64,000 nt of DNA from Eledone cirrhosa (lineage: Eukaryota), in assembly GCA_964016885.1 (NCBI GenBank), contig OZ024746.1, forward strand, positions 100,502,001-100,566,000, read 5' to 3'. Below the pieces are notes generated by a model. That model ran no database searches and was not told the DNA's origin. It saw only the letters and a program-made list of their open reading frames with translations. Positions 40,248 to 57,139 of the stretch are shown in pieces (position 1 is the stretch's first letter; each line of letters opens with the position of its first letter). A program made the position numbers and the translations under genes.

Positions 40248-40529
40248 AATCTTGTTCTATTCCTCCTCCCTTCTACCACACGTTTATCCTTTGTCATAGG
40301 ATTGACCTCAATTAAGCTACGAAGGAACTACGTACGTTGTTGGACGTTGTGAAACTAATCTCGCAACAATGGCTAACTTCCTTCCATACGTGTTCACAAT
40401 TTTATACTCTTTCCTTTCTATTTCTTGTCGTTCACTGAGAATTTCTAAGAGGTTCTCTTATTATTATTATTATTATTATTGCTGTTGTTGCTATTGTTAT
40501 TGTCGATGATGATTTCTTTATTTACTTTT

Positions 40530-40569
<40 letters not shown>

Positions 40570-40582
40570 TACGCACGTACAT

Positions 40583-40618
<36 letters not shown>

Positions 40619-42574
40619 ACCCACACACGCGTGTATATATATATAATACATATATATATATGTATGTGTGTATATTTATATATATATTAGTTGGTGTTGC
40701 TTCTGTACGTTTCCCTATTTCTGTCGCCCCTCCTTATTTTCTCAATGAGATGTCAGACGCCATTTAAATTGTCGCCTCTACCAAATTTCATCATTTTCTG
40801 TGTGTGTGTGTGTGGGGGGGTTCTTCCTCTCCCCGACTATTTTCCACTTTCCACATTTGCTATATTTAATATTTCTGCTGTATTAAAAAATAAATAGGTT
40901 CGTTTCATAATGATTTTCGGTATATTTTATTTCTCCCATTTATATTAGGGTAGAATGCGAAGTTAGAGAAAATGTAATTTGAAGTAACTCTCGTTCTTGT
41001 TTTTGTTTTTAAAGCTATCCTGACGACGTACACCAGTGAAAACTGTTTAGTTTTAATTTGTTTTACACACACACATACCAGGCTAGATGTGTGTGTGTGT
41101 ATGTATATATTACACACACATGCAGATATGTGTTTGTATTGACGCATTAGTTCGGTATACATGCGCGCTTGCATAGATATCGATATACACTAATCGATTG
41201 ATTGGTATATGTATATTGAACTGTTTAAAATGAAAGGGAAAGCCGACAATGAAAGAAATGTGCAAATTTCATCATATTCTTAGGCAATTTTCTCTTTTCT
41301 GAGACACGTCCGACTATTTGGCCACGTTGAACTAAAATATGTGTCAGTCTGTGAGGGAGCAAACCGTTACAAAACAATTGCATAAAATGTTTCCACAAAT
41401 CTTCGTTTATTGATTTTAAAAATCAAAAAACCGAAGATTTACTACAAAAAAGCAGGTACATTTCTTTTTGCATACCATTGTCTCCTTATATACCCAAAGC
41501 GAAACATCCCTCAGTTTGTGTGTGAAGCCCCAATTAAGTCCGAAAATGGTTTGTCAATATATATATATATATTTCTTTTCTCCAAAATCATTTACAGGAA
41601 AATTTATATTTTCTGGCATGTTTACATGTCTACATATTAAATGTGTATATACCTACTCTCTGAATACAGATGTAACTTGTGTGTGTGTGTATATATATAT
41701 ATGTGTGTGTGTGGTACTCCAACATAGCTTTATATATATAGGATGTTTATAAAAAAATGACAGCCTTCTGCTATGGACTTTTTATGGTTGATATATATAT
41801 ATATATAATGTACGTCTTCTCACCGTCATATATCTTAAGTGTCAGATTCTTTCTAGTAAAAATAAAAAAATAAATCTTTGGACAAATCTACACAGATTGA
41901 ATTGTATAAAACTGCTCCAGTGAGTTATTTCGTTTATCTTAATATCTGTTAGTAGATGCTATAGCATATAAATTGTTAAATAACTTATAGCACTCACACC
42001 TCTGGTTCAGTCAAAATAATCGATTGTTAAAAGGTGAAGAAGCATATTACCTAGATTTATACACTGCACTTTTATAGGTTAATTATATTTGTATAATGTG
42101 AGCAAGTATTGCTATGAATGAGAGGAAAATGTAATTTGTCTGAGGCACCAGGATGTATATTGGTATTTTCGGTATGTTAACTTTTTTTATAGATATCAGA
42201 TGGCAAAAATAGTCCTTGTAGGAAAAATTGTTTATTTTAGCAGTGTTGGGAGGATTGTTTGTTTAATTATAAGACAAGTAGGTTTGTATTTTATTTATTT
42301 TGGACATTGAATTCGTTTTCAGAAAAAAAAAGAAATATAAAATAGAATATGCTTACAATTTTACAATCGATCAGGCGAAGAATAATGTTTCAACTCTAAT
42401 TTTACAGTTTTCAAAGTTTATATGACTACGACTGCTACATCTAAGGAAATTCCTTTTAAAAATAAATTCTACTGGAACAGGAACACATTTTAATTTAAAT
42501 ATGTATGTATGTATGTATATATATATATATATATGTATATGTATGTATATATGTTTGTATATATGTATATGTAT

Positions 42575-42915
42575 CATCATTCATCATCATTTCATTTTAC
42601 GTCCGCTTTTCCCTGCTTGCAAGGGTGGGACGGGAACTGATTCTGGCTTTGATTTCTACAGCTGGATGCCCTTCCTAACACCAACCTCATTTACAGTGAG
42701 TGCTGGGTGCTTTTTTGCCGTGGCACCTCCACGACCACTTTGCAGTGGAATGATATGGATCCCAGTCCCTATCATCTCATTTCTACAGCTGAGTAAACTG
42801 GAGCAATGTGAAATAAAGTGTCTTGCTCAAGGAAACAACACATCACCCGGTCTGAGAATTGAACTCACAACCTTTCGATTGCAAGGCCAATGCTCTAACC
42901 ACTAAGCCATGTGCC
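42575..42915 (-). mobile_element. Composite SINE: tRNA head, CORE/Meta-like domain and RTE-derived tail
   Basis: Closely similar to 52395-52790 but with a shorter tail. Confidence 0.85.
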
Positions 42916-42916
42916 T

Positions 42917-45888
<2,972 letters not shown>

Positions 45889-46088
45889 NNNNNNNNNNNN
45901 NNNNNNNNNNNNNNNNNNNNNNNNNNNNNNNNNNNNNNNNNNNNNNNNNNNNNNNNNNNNNNNNNNNNNNNNNNNNNNNNNNNNNNNNNNNNNNNNNNNN
46001 NNNNNNNNNNNNNNNNNNNNNNNNNNNNNNNNNNNNNNNNNNNNNNNNNNNNNNNNNNNNNNNNNNNNNNNNNNNNNNNNNNNNNNNN
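45889..46088. other. Assembly gap (200 N)
   Basis: Run of N. Confidence 1.
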
Positions 46089-46919
46089 TGTTCCTACATT
46101 TTCATCTATTTTTTTTTCTACAAATCTACTTTTTGTCTTCAAATATGACTAGCTCATTTTTAAATATTTATTTGAAGTGGACATAGTATGTTGAATCAAA
46201 CAGAATACTAGCCAAGAACACATTTAAGAGCTCTAAAAGAGCCCCCCATTGGATTGTTTCAAACAGTAAAGAACCCAGCTCAAAGTAGCAAGTAGTCTAC
46301 AGATTAAATGAAAAACAGTAACGTGCAATCTTAAGAAGTGTAGTTTGCAAGTTGTATGCATGGTTTAGTTGTTACAGAATTGGATTTGCAAGATAGTTTA
46401 TTTCATGTTGCCCTTACTGCCAGGAGTTGTGAACCAATAGATAGTATTAGCAATGGAAAGATCAATGGAAACCTTGATTCCTTTGTCCGAATTTAACAAA
46501 TTAAACTCTACTCAGTCAGCAATAAGGTTGTAGATTGATTCCTTATGCCAGTTTAGCAACCCTGCTCTTTATATCAGAATTCACTGAATGCCTGTCAAAA
46601 TAAAAAAAATAAAACATACACACACATGCTCTGATATATGAAAAGCACAATTCCAGACCACAATGTTCCAACCTTAACACATTTAAAAGTAATTTCTAAC
46701 CTTATTCACCTGTTAATTGATTGGACCTAAAGACGAAACAGCAAACCGATCCTTAATTTCCTTACCTGGTTTTCAGCTGCCCTATTTCACTTCTTTGGTG
46801 ATACCTTGAAAAATTGCCATGTCTTCTGAGATGAAAGCGCTTGACTAAAATGTAAAATTAGACTTTCATTTTCAATCTTAATTTCATTGCAGGTAGTTTT
46901 TTAGGATGAAATATTCAAT

Positions 46920-47083
46920 TTAACCCTTTCATGACTCTATTTTAATTAATTAATGAAGATAGTAACTTATTGTGAAGATTCTTATATAAAATTGTTGGAA
47001 AATTTAAATTGGAAACCTTTAAAGTCGGCTTTATTTCATAGAACCAGAGCCAGTTTTGGCTGGGTTAGTAACTAAAGGGTTAA
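46920..47083. mobile_element. TTAA/piggyBac-type MITE family 2
   Basis: TTAA-CCCTTT...AAAGGG-TTAA termini; related end fragment at ~47792-47840. Confidence 0.65.
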
Positions 47084-49459
47084 ATTATTACTAACATGTT
47101 AACAGAATCAGCCTTGATATGAACATAGATACTTGAAGTTGTGAAAAGATGCCTTGTAAAATTATAGGACTATTGTTTTCATTTTCATTATAAGTATTTA
47201 TCAAAAGCTGAGTTTTCTACATATGGGTGAAAAGAATGGGTTTCATTTTTAGATGCTAGCTGTTTTCTGTAAAACCTCAAATTCTCCTTTTAAAAAGGGG
47301 AACTTCAATATGGTTTATATTGCTTTTAGTCATCCATTTCCTTAGGTTACATACACACTCGTAGGCACAATAAAATCTGACAATTCACTGATAATGAGTC
47401 AGAATTAGTCTGAACACTTGATGTGCTTTAAGTAGTTTTCACTGGCATATTATCTTGTGATAGTTTAGGTGACATGATACAGCAAGGCAATATCTGCTCT
47501 CAGATTTTCACCTTCACTTGTATAGAAAACATAAGATTAAATATACATAGATTAAAATAATTTGATACTTTATTGCAACAGGTATTTCAATCAGAACAGA
47601 TGAGAAAATGAATGATGTATCCTAAAGTTAATTCTAACACTGAATACAAATTATAAGTTGAGAAAAAAGTGTTGACAAGTCTTTCATTCCATAGAGCTTA
47701 TAAAGATGTTAGCAGACAACAAACTGAGAGTTAACTATTTTGTATTCTATCACTAGAGGCCAACACTTCCATTATGTCTATTATGAAACTTTTAACTCTT
47801 TTGGTACCAAACCACCTGAAACTGTCCCCTGGTTCTATGATACATAGCTGATTATTTTATGGTGTATATCATCTTCATTTTTATACTGGCATGGGTTGGA
47901 TGGGACGTTTTGAGGCAATGTTTTACAACCTGATGCCCATCCTAGTTTAGTCACTTCTTGCAGCACGCGCGTACACACACACACACACTTTAAAATCTTC
48001 CATTAATATTTTTAAGTTATTTTCAAAATTATAGGCAGTGTTTTTCTTTTAAAATATTTAGAGTACTGATTTGAAATGGTCAAGTATAATGTAATTGAAT
48101 ATTTATTTTATTTGCTTGCAATAAATACTAAGTTCAATTCCTCCCATAGGGTATTAGATTTGTTTCCCCTGTGGCAGTTTTACTTTTTTGCATAATGATA
48201 TAATAGAACCCAGAATTGAACTCTTGTCCTATGATTCTTTGACTTTGAAAGGATTAGTGAGTCTTTGTTTTGTTTTTATGAGTTTATTAAATTGCTGAGA
48301 ATTGGTGCTGAATACTCAATAAAAAAATTACAAATCTCATTGATCTGGAATAATTCTCAAAATTAGTTGGGGACTGATTCAATTTTGTCTTTAATGATAT
48401 CAAAAACTATTTCTTTTACATCTACATTGGCAGAATACTCATTTGACAAGAGCTATTTTTGTCTGAAGCTTTTTTTAAATATGGGTATCCATTACTCACC
48501 ACTTTACTAGAACCCAAATTGGTTATGTACATTATATATAGATGTTATTTGTTCTATATTAATGTAATGGTTTTTTATAGAAGCACAATTATTCTATAAT
48601 AGCGAACTTTAACATATCCATAAAATAATTTTATTTCAAAAAGCATGCAACATGTGTTTAGCTGTTGTTCCTGACATACTAATTACCATCACAGCTGTTT
48701 TATTTATTTCAATACCAATATAGGACAGATGTTTGTCTAATAACTGCTCACTGTCTTTCTTCATTTCACTCCAGCTCCTTCTGCTTTATTTGGTTGATTT
48801 CACTGCTAATTATAGCTTAAGATATTTTCTCTGCCAGTATGAGATGCTAATTCATAGACTTTAAATGTTTTGTTTTTTTTTTGTTAAACAGCATTGTATG
48901 CTTGGGATTCCCAAGTGCTTCTTCAATTAAATCTGACTTTTAACCATTATGAAAAATATTTTTTAAAGAAATATTTTATTTAAGATGCTCATCTTGCATA
49001 TACATTGTCTAATCTGCATGATGTAGCATCTATACTTTGTCTATTTCATTGACATTATTTTCCGTTTTTATAAAACTTTAAAGAGAAGCAGTAAGCAAAG
49101 ATGTGAGAAATTGAATCTCTTTGAGTAGTACTTAGTTTTAAGATGACAACACATTTTGGTATTATGTTGTAACTTGTAAAAGTAGAGGGATAAAGAAATC
49201 TACTTGAATGAGACTTAGTCATTTCAAGTGAAAATATAGGTCATTGCATATATAAAGCTACTAGAACAGTGTAGGGTGCATGAAGACAATTCTTTAGAAT
49301 GATAATCATTGCATAAATAAATAACTTTTCAACAGCAAGATAAACTGAAGTTTTTCATTTTCTTTTTTTTTACCATATTCCCTCTATCATAGTCCATGAA
49401 AATGAAGTCTGATAATTTCTGAACATATGTCTGACACAGCAGTTTTATCGTTTCAGTTG

Positions 49460-50555
49460 TTAAAGTTCTTTAGGCAGTCACAATGGGGTTCTAAGGCAAG
49501 TTGTTTCTGTATGCTGACAACCTACTTATCATAGCCAAATCAGTCAAAGAATTAAAGGAAAATTTTCAATTGCAGAAGCAGGACCTTATAGATAGTTAAA
49601 CTAGCAAAGACAAATTTTATTAAACAAGAGGGAACGCGAAACTCTGCTGTCATCTGTATAAATGCTATGTGCAATATACATAAATGAGGTTGGTAGGAAC
49701 TCTATACTATCCATTATAAATTATTGATGAATGGAAGAGGCAGATATCTGAGGAAGGCTGACTGGCTTAATGGTTAGTGTCGAGCTTACAATCATGAGGT
49801 TTTGAGTTTAATTCTTGGACCGAGCTTTGCATTGTGTTCTTGAGCAAGACGCATTATTTCACGTTACTCCACTTTACTAAACTGTAGAAATGAGTTGTGA
49901 CATCACTGGTGCCAAGCTGTACTGGCCATTTCCCTTGGACAACATCGGTGACGTGGAGAGGGGAGGCTGGTATGTATGGGCAACTGTTGGTCTTTCACAA
50001 ACAACCTTACCCGGACTTGGGCCTCTGAGGGTGCAAATCCCATGGTCATTCGTGACCAAAGGAGGTCTTTTACCATTTACAGGAATAGCTAACAGTAAGA
50101 GCACCAATGATATGCAATTATTCAACTGCCCAAAGGCTTGCTAGAAGCAATTGACAGCTTCTATTATCTCCTACTAATCAGAACACCTGCTCCTAATCAA
50201 CAGTGGAGGTAGTGGATTTTCTTAGAATTAACTGTCATTTTTGTTTTAATCTGTTAACGAGACTGGAAAAAATCTAGTGAGCATGCTCCATAGGATGTGT
50301 AGTGACACCCTGTATGATAGAGCCAAAGTTAGCTGAGAAAAATTAGAATTAGTGTACAAGAAAGACGACTACACTGGTAGAGGTATGTAATGCATATGAA
50401 GGGTGACAGTTGAATAAAGAATCAAATGACTAAAGTGGAAGGGATCTGGAAAAGAGGAAGGTTAATTTCAAGGTGCTAGACCCCGTGAAGTTAAGGGATT
50501 ACAAATGGTAAAATGCTTTGATAGAATAAACCTATCCAATTCAGGCTAGCATGGA
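49460..50555 (+). mobile_element. Highly decayed RTE LINE interrupted by a SINE
   Basis: LFLYADNLLIIAKSVKELKENFQ at ~49501-49570; RTE C-terminal remnants and tail GCTAGCATGGA at ~50260-50555. Confidence 0.7.
49755..50080 (+). mobile_element. SINE family A, near full length
   Basis: TGGCTTAATGGTTAG...GAGTTTAATTC...TTGTGTTCTTGAGCAAGAC...; ends GGTCTTTACCATTTAC. Confidence 0.8.
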
Positions 50556-50692
50556 TTAAGCCTTGTTTTTTTTTTGTTTTTTGTATTTTTTTTCATAATT
50601 CCCTGAAGCCTCTGTTCACTGCACTCTCATTAAGGCAAAGGCTTTTTCTTTTATCTTGCAGTAGTCTAGTATTTGTGTAACTCATTGGTTGA

Positions 50693-50862
50693 TTAACCCT
50701 TCAGCATTTAAACCGGCTGTATCCGGCCACTCATACTTACTTTAAGGTATTGTTCTCAAAATAAATATCAAAATCTCATAGATTTGATATTATGTGAAAT
50801 AATTGTGATGTAAAACCTTTACCGTAAAAATATAATAGTATATATAGAGTAATGTATGTTAA
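50693..50862 (+). mobile_element. TTAA/piggyBac-type MITE family 1, internally deleted
   Basis: TTAACCCTTCAGCATTTAAACCGG start plus family core. Confidence 0.8.
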
Positions 50863-51899
50863 TATCTCACCAAATACATCTGTTATGTTCATGTTTGCTT
50901 ATTTGTAACAAATAGCTAACTAATCTGTTGATTACAGATTAACTGCAAGAAGCAGGAAATTGTCCTTATTACCTTTTATACATGTATATTTGCATTAGAT
51001 TTAAACATGTCAAAACAAGTAAAACTTGACAGATATTAATAATAGTAAAATATTTCTTTTATTATTTATAATAAAATAATTTTCTTTATTGGCCACAATA
51101 AAATAATGAAAAGAAATACCGTATATACATGAATTTAATCCAACTCCACTATTTTATGTCGGGGAAAAATTAGCAAATATGTAAACCTTATTTACATAGA
51201 ATTTGAAGTTGGTGAAAATTGTCAAAATATTGACCCTGAAATATAAGCCACTCTCTGCCATCTTTTTTTTTTTGTGTATGTGTCACATTATTCTTCAACT
51301 TATATTTGAATATATATGGTAAATTTAACACCACTCATTTTATTAATGGATTTCATTCACCACCACCACAAAAGAAATTATATTGAAATTCCTAGAACTA
51401 ATCCTATCCATGTTGTTTCAATATTACATCATCAACTGTCTCACCTCTAAAACAAGGCTTACTGTTTACCCCCTAGGTCCCCGCTTGATTGAACAAACCT
51501 ATAATGATAGACATTACTGATTTGACCAAGTCATCTCTTTAGGAATGTGTAGGACATTATCTAAGGTGTTTGGAAAGAATGTCCAAGAATTGTTAGGTTT
51601 AAAAGATTTCCAAATTGTCGCACATTGATATTTTTTTTTTTTTTTTTTTTTTTTTTGTGGCTCTCCAAAAGTAAGAATTTCCATTTTGAGCCATTTTCAG
51701 GGAGCGCAAATAGATTTTTACGTTGGTTTAAAATACTTTGTCAATTTTTCTAGACTCACCTCCAGCTGCATTTTCAGAATATGTATACTTTTATATGGTT
51801 TCATCTTCATGATAAGCACTTATCATGGTTCAAAAATTCAAAAAAATGTGCATTTTTACACTTTTTCACTTTTTCAATTTTTTTTTTTTTAACTGTCTT

Positions 51900-52390
51900 G
51901 ATCAGGCTAACTGAATTCAAGTGTTTTGTCAAGTTTCTAAGCCATACTGCATGATTAGAGAATATGGGGTGCTCAACAGTTGTTGCTATTCAGTAACAGA
52001 CAGCCACCTAAACTTGATTTTAAATTAATTTTGATTTGTGCAACCTTTGCCCTGATGAAAATCAGTGGTCAGATGTATTGGTCATACTTGTGTTGAAATC
52101 TTCATAAATATTATAGCCAAGATATTCACCATCTTCTATATAACATACCCTGGCAGTTATGCAACAGCACTTTCTTAAAGAAAGAGAACTCCATCATTCC
52201 AATCTTTTGGAAGAGATTCCTTGTCCCAAATGTGTGATGTCATAGTCAATAGTTTTTGACGATTTCAGCAAATAAAGCCTCTTTAGCTGGAGTCTTATTG
52301 TTCAGTTTCTGGATAGCTTCCGTTAGTGCATCCAAGTTGCATACATGAGGGGGTTGAATCAGTAAATTAAACTGTTTGACAAATGGGTGT
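51900..52390 (-). mobile_element. Decayed LINE RT N-terminal region
   Basis: Minus-strand peptides EAIQKLNNKTPAKEALFAEIVK and IWDKESLPKDWNDGV, typical of RT domain 0/1. Confidence 0.65.
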
Positions 52391-52394
52391 AATT

Positions 52395-52790
52395 CATCAT
52401 CATCATCATCATCATCATCATCGTTTTACGTCTGTTCTTCCACGCTAGCATGGGTTAGGTGGGTTGTCCTGTTGTGGGCAGTGTCCGGTCGGCTGACCTT
52501 GTCTTGCTCATACGGGAACTAATTCTGGCTTGATTTCTACAGCTGGATGCCCTTCCCAACACCAACCTCATTTACAGTGAGTGCTGGATGCTTTTTTGCC
52601 GTGGCACCTCCACGACCACTTTACAGTGGAATGATAGGGACCCCAGTCCTATCATCTCGTTTCTACAGCTGAGTAAACTGGAGCAATGTGAAATAAAGTC
52701 TTGTTCAAGGAAACAACACATCACCCGGTCCGAGAATTGAACTCGCAACCTTTTGATTGCAAACCCAATGCTCTAACCACTAAGCCATGC
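52395..52790 (-). mobile_element. Full-length composite SINE (tRNA head, CORE/Meta-like domain, RTE 3' tail, (GAT)n)
   Basis: On -: TGGCTTAGTGGTTAGAGC...GAGTTCAATTC...TTGTTTCCTTGAACAAGAC; the tail matches 59510-59700. Confidence 0.9.
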
Positions 52791-53059
52791 ACAGATTTGC
52801 AAAATGGTTACACTATCAGCCGAGATGCCCATAATTCTGTTTTACTTGTGGGTGGGTAGCCTTCATGGTAGATTATAGAGGTAGGTATAGCTTTTGCATA
52901 TCCCTAACAGAAGCTGCATGCTCCATACCTTCTTGAGGTGGTTCTTTTCCTGTTGTAATACTAAGCAAACTTTAAAAGTTTATGTATCTCGATCAAAAAT
53001 TAATTTTTAAAAAGATAAGACATACTGGATCTGTTCTCAGGTGGTAATGGCACTAAAAA

Positions 53060-53117
53060 ATGCTGGCAATGACAGTATTCAAGCCATTATATACTGGCTC
53101 TGGTGTGCATTTAGATG
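53060..53117 (+). CDS. Alternative candidate start exon (MLAMTVFKPLYTGSGVHLD plus phase-1 G)
   Basis: AAAAATG start with upstream in-frame stops, consensus donor ATG|GTAAGT at 53118 and possible acceptor TTCTCAG at 53040; phase-compatible with exon 56135. Confidence 0.25.
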
Positions 53118-53599
53118 GTAAGTGCCTGTGAAGTGCTTTATATATATATATTATGCCAAAAAAGCAAATAACTTATGCTGTAAATAGTTAACATCTAATT
53201 GGCATTGAAGGGCCAAATAAAATTGGCAATACACCACCCTGTAGAATGTTTAGTTGCAGACAGGTGAAATGACAAGCTTATTGGCACCCAATTTGATACA
53301 TCCTTACACAAGATGGTAGATTTTCTTTTACTGAAATTGCTATAGCTATCTATTTTAACCCACCATTGTTTTAATAGTAAGCATTACTGACAGAAAAGCT
53401 GCAGGGTATTCTGTTTCAGTGTCACTAAGAATTGTTTACAAACTCAAAATTACTGAAGGAGCATCAAGGAAAAGCAAAAAGAAAAAAAGGCTGGAATAAA
53501 TTCAGCCATTGTCAATATACTAAGACATATTCTTCAACAAATCTATTGTTGTAATGACATTAATTTGGTGGAATTATATTTTATATAATGTCACTAACG

Positions 53600-53960
53600 A
53601 CATTTGGCTTAAATCATCAAAGCATCTTCTCCACCTTGTGATGCTGTACTTCTCTGAAGGAAAGAGAACCCCAGTTACATTCTTGATAGCAGCTGTGGAG
53701 AACTTCTTATTACAAAGTCAGATGGTCTGCCAAAATACTTCATTTGCTGCTCTGAAATTGGATTCCAGCTTAACTCCAAAGTCCTCCAATGCCTTTACTA
53801 CCTCTGATTTTTTTTTTGTGCATGCTTGTACTGCAATTGGAGACAGGACTGATGGAAGGAGTGTTTGAGAACTCTGCCCACTTATTTCCAGGAGGGTTGT
53901 AGAAGCAAAGAAGACATTTGGCTTATAACTGGGTATTTACTGCTAGTCTTGATTCCTCGT
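53600..53960 (-). mobile_element. Rex3/Expander-like RTE fragment (EN-RT linker)
   Basis: Minus frame ALEDFGVKLESNFRAANEVFWQTI ... ITRWRRCFDDL. Confidence 0.65.
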
Positions 53961-54779
53961 AGATTATCTAAATGGTGGGACTAGGACTGGTTGGATGAAT
54001 GGCTTGTATGGACCATGTATATGTGTGTGGTGATTCAAAATGAGTACAGACTGCATGGAACTGTGAGGGTCCCCATAACCTGCAGAACATGAAACGTCTC
54101 GTGTTAGTGTCATAAGACCAAGACAGCATAGTAGATAGAACTGTCTGGTCCTGTCGATTACTTGCCAACCTTTCTATAATGCACCCAATACACTCTGTAA
54201 AGTGGTTAGCATTAGGAAGGATATACAGTTGTAGAAACCATACCAAATATGGAACATGTTGGCTAGACATGGTTCTCGGAGCATGACAACCTGTCCAACC
54301 CATGCCAGCAAGGAAACTATATTTAATAGTTTAACAATGTTTATATTTTTCTTTTACTTTTCTAGCATAAATCTAAATCATGTTAAGGGAGCTATTTATA
54401 TTTTATGTTGTGTTTTTAATATCTTATGTTAATTGGTAATAGTTAGGAATAACTGGCATTTGAAAGTTATCAGTATACTTAGTTACTTAATCCAAAACAA
54501 TGGACATTAGCTGTTAATACAATTGATACATGTTTATTTAGATATTTAATGTAGCATTACGATAGGATTATTGGTGATTTGATACATACTTTGTCATTAA
54601 TCCTTCTGATGACAATCTGTCTAAAACTGGCTCTACTTCTATTAAACAAAAATCTTTCAAAGTAATTTGATATAAGAATCTTTTATTGTTAAAAATATCA
54701 TTTTACCGTGTAAATATTTAACAATTTTAGTAAACCCCCCCCCCTCCCCTCAAATCTATATTAAAATGCATAATAATGA

Positions 54780-54970
54780 CAAACAAAAGTTTGCACATGG
54801 CTGTCTTCAATTCGGTATTATATACTAACCTTTACCAGTATGGTCATGATTCTTGGATAATGTCCAAAAGAATATGATCACAAATACAAGCAGCCGAAAT
54901 GGGGTTTCTTCGAAGGGTCTTTGGAGTAATATTACTCGATAGTGCGTAGCTCGGAGATCAGAGAATAAGT
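54780..54970 (+). mobile_element. Rex3/Expander-like RTE fragment
   Basis: YGHDSWIMSKRI*SQIQAAEMGFLRRVFGVILLD; homologous to the reverse complement of ~7960-8125. Confidence 0.8.
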
Positions 54971-55389
54971 GGGTGAAGAAGCTAAAATGAATAAATCTCA
55001 TGGTTTCTTTCATATCATCATCATCGTTTAACGTCCATCTTCCACGCTTGCATGGGTTTTTGAAAACAATTTGTATTGTTACAACTGTTAAGCCATTTTA
55101 AATTATTTCTTTTGTTATTATCCTATGCCTACCTAATCCCACCAAATGTCAAATTATTGATAAGATACAAAGTAGATTGTTTTATATATCAATTAGAAAA
55201 TAACTTTCTTTATTTTAGAGTCTGATTTAGTGAAATTCGTGTTTGGAACTATAATCATTTTGTTAGTTTTTCTTCTAATAGATGGAATAATCTTTAATTT
55301 CAAAGTGTCACGATGTCAAAAGATTTAAAAAGCAATCTGTTAGCACCACCACCTACCTCTGTTTTACTATTTACTTGACTGAGAGTTGT

Positions 55390-55512
55390 GGGTTGGCAGA
55401 AATTGTTCCAGCTTTTTACATTCCAAGTTCAAATCCCACCAAAGTTAATTTTACCTTTCATTGTTCCAAGGTCAATAAAATAAAGTACTAATCCAATAAT
55501 GGGGTCGATTGA
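55390..55512 (+). mobile_element. SINE family B, partial
   Basis: AAGTTCAAATCCCACC...CCTTTCAT...GTCAATAAAATAAAGTAC. Confidence 0.7.
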
Positions 55513-56134
55513 GTAATAGTTGATAGATATAAATAAGAGTTGAGTGTGTCAGGTGAAATATCCCTTCAGGGGAAAAAATGGACAGATATGTCTATGGGAA
55601 TCAAACCATGTATCTCTCATATTCCAGATAAGCACACTGGTGGTTAGATGTGCTTTAGTGAAATGGTTAAATTACCATCTTTTTAGAAATGTAAACTTTG
55701 GTTAATTTCTGAAGCCTTGGGGAAATAGGAAATTTGAAAATATATTGGCCACTTTAAATTTCATATTTCCAAAATGATTTGTAAATTAATCAAAGTTTAT
55801 TTACTTTATTTTTTTTTTTTTCATGGATGTTTTTACCTTTCTTAACCAGCTTCATTGTTATTGTCAAAGTTTTGAACTTCTCAATCTATTCAATAGTGTA
55901 CACCTTAACCTCACATCCATTGTCTTGTTTTGCAGAAAAGATTTTTCATTTATTTTAAATTTACCATTCATTTTCATATAAATATTTTAATTCATGTCAT
56001 TGACTCACTTGAGTTATTTTCCTTAGTTCATTTAAATTTTTATTTTATAATATAATTAATTTTTTTCCCCGAGTGTGTACCTATTGCATAACTATTTACT
56101 TTGTTTATCTCGTGTATCTCATTTCTATTCGTAG

Positions 56135-56251
56135 GTAACAAAAGCCCATATCCGCTGCAGTACACTTATGTTCCCACTGCTGGAGTACCTACAATACCAC
56201 AGCCTATGCCTACATACATACCAGGTTCTCCATATCCTACTACATACCAGT
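56135..56251 (+). CDS. Internal coding exon of a Pro/Tyr-rich protein, (G)NKSPYPLQYTYVPTAGVPTIPQPMPTYIPGSPYPTTYQ; tentatively DAZAP2-like
   Basis: Pyrimidine-rich acceptor ...TCTCATTTCTATTCGTAG, donor T|GTGAGT, 117 nt (39 codons, phase 1-1), open frame, and raised GC relative to the AT-rich flanks. The family assignment rests on composition only. Confidence 0.8.
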
Positions 56252-57139
56252 GTGAGTACCAATTTCTCTAACTTGTTGAAATAATTAACCTAATATGGTT
56301 TTAGTATTAAATGTTGCTCACTCAGGTTAGCATGAAAGAAGTTCTTGTTAGAAAAGTGATTATGATAAAAAAAATTATGTAATTCACAACTCACACCTGC
56401 AATTTTAATTGGCCTGCTACAAGGCTGCCTGCCATATGAGGTTTCTCTGATTTTCTAATGATTGAGGCCTTAGTCCTTTGATCAAAAACATGAAATTGTT
56501 TTGTGCAAGTACCCAATGCACTCCCTAGACCAGGAATCAAACTCATCAGGCTGACTATTGCAACTAAACTGCTTTATTTATGAGCACAATACAGCATTAA
56601 TAAATTGGCTATGAAATTCAGTCTTTTTAAATTTAATAGCGTAACTGTTTAGTCAGTGTACCTGTAACTATTTTATTAAAACTTATAAGTCCATAACTCA
56701 ATTTATATTATGGTAATTAGTAGCCATGTTACTTCAAATATGTACCTAATACTCTTGCAAAGCATGTCTCATGCAATCTTAGTTCTTAACATCTTGTAAT
56801 GGTTTAGCAGAAAATATTTAGAAATGGGTTTATTAATTCAAATGTTAATAGTGTCTTTACTAGTGAATATTGTTGTTAACATTTGAAGTCTTAATGACTT
56901 CAATTTTTAATGGGATGCAGTCATTGTGGTGTTTTGGATTTTAGAAAATATCTTGCTAATGTGGTTCATGCAATAGTTGGTATGATCCCATAACTCCTGA
57001 TAGTCGTAGGAGTGCTGTATTAACATACAGCATTTCTTGGGCATTTAAAGCTTTGCAGTGCCCACCCCTCTCCAGGCCTGAGTACAGCAGATTTCTTCCA
57101 GAGAAAAATAGAAAGTGAGAGAGGAAATGAGAAAAAGAT

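Noticed and set aside
52720-52790. tRNA gene (A/B boxes; also ~5835-5905, ~42850-42912, ~49760-49820)
   Set aside because: These are SINE heads continuing directly into SINE bodies; I could not see a complete cloverleaf.
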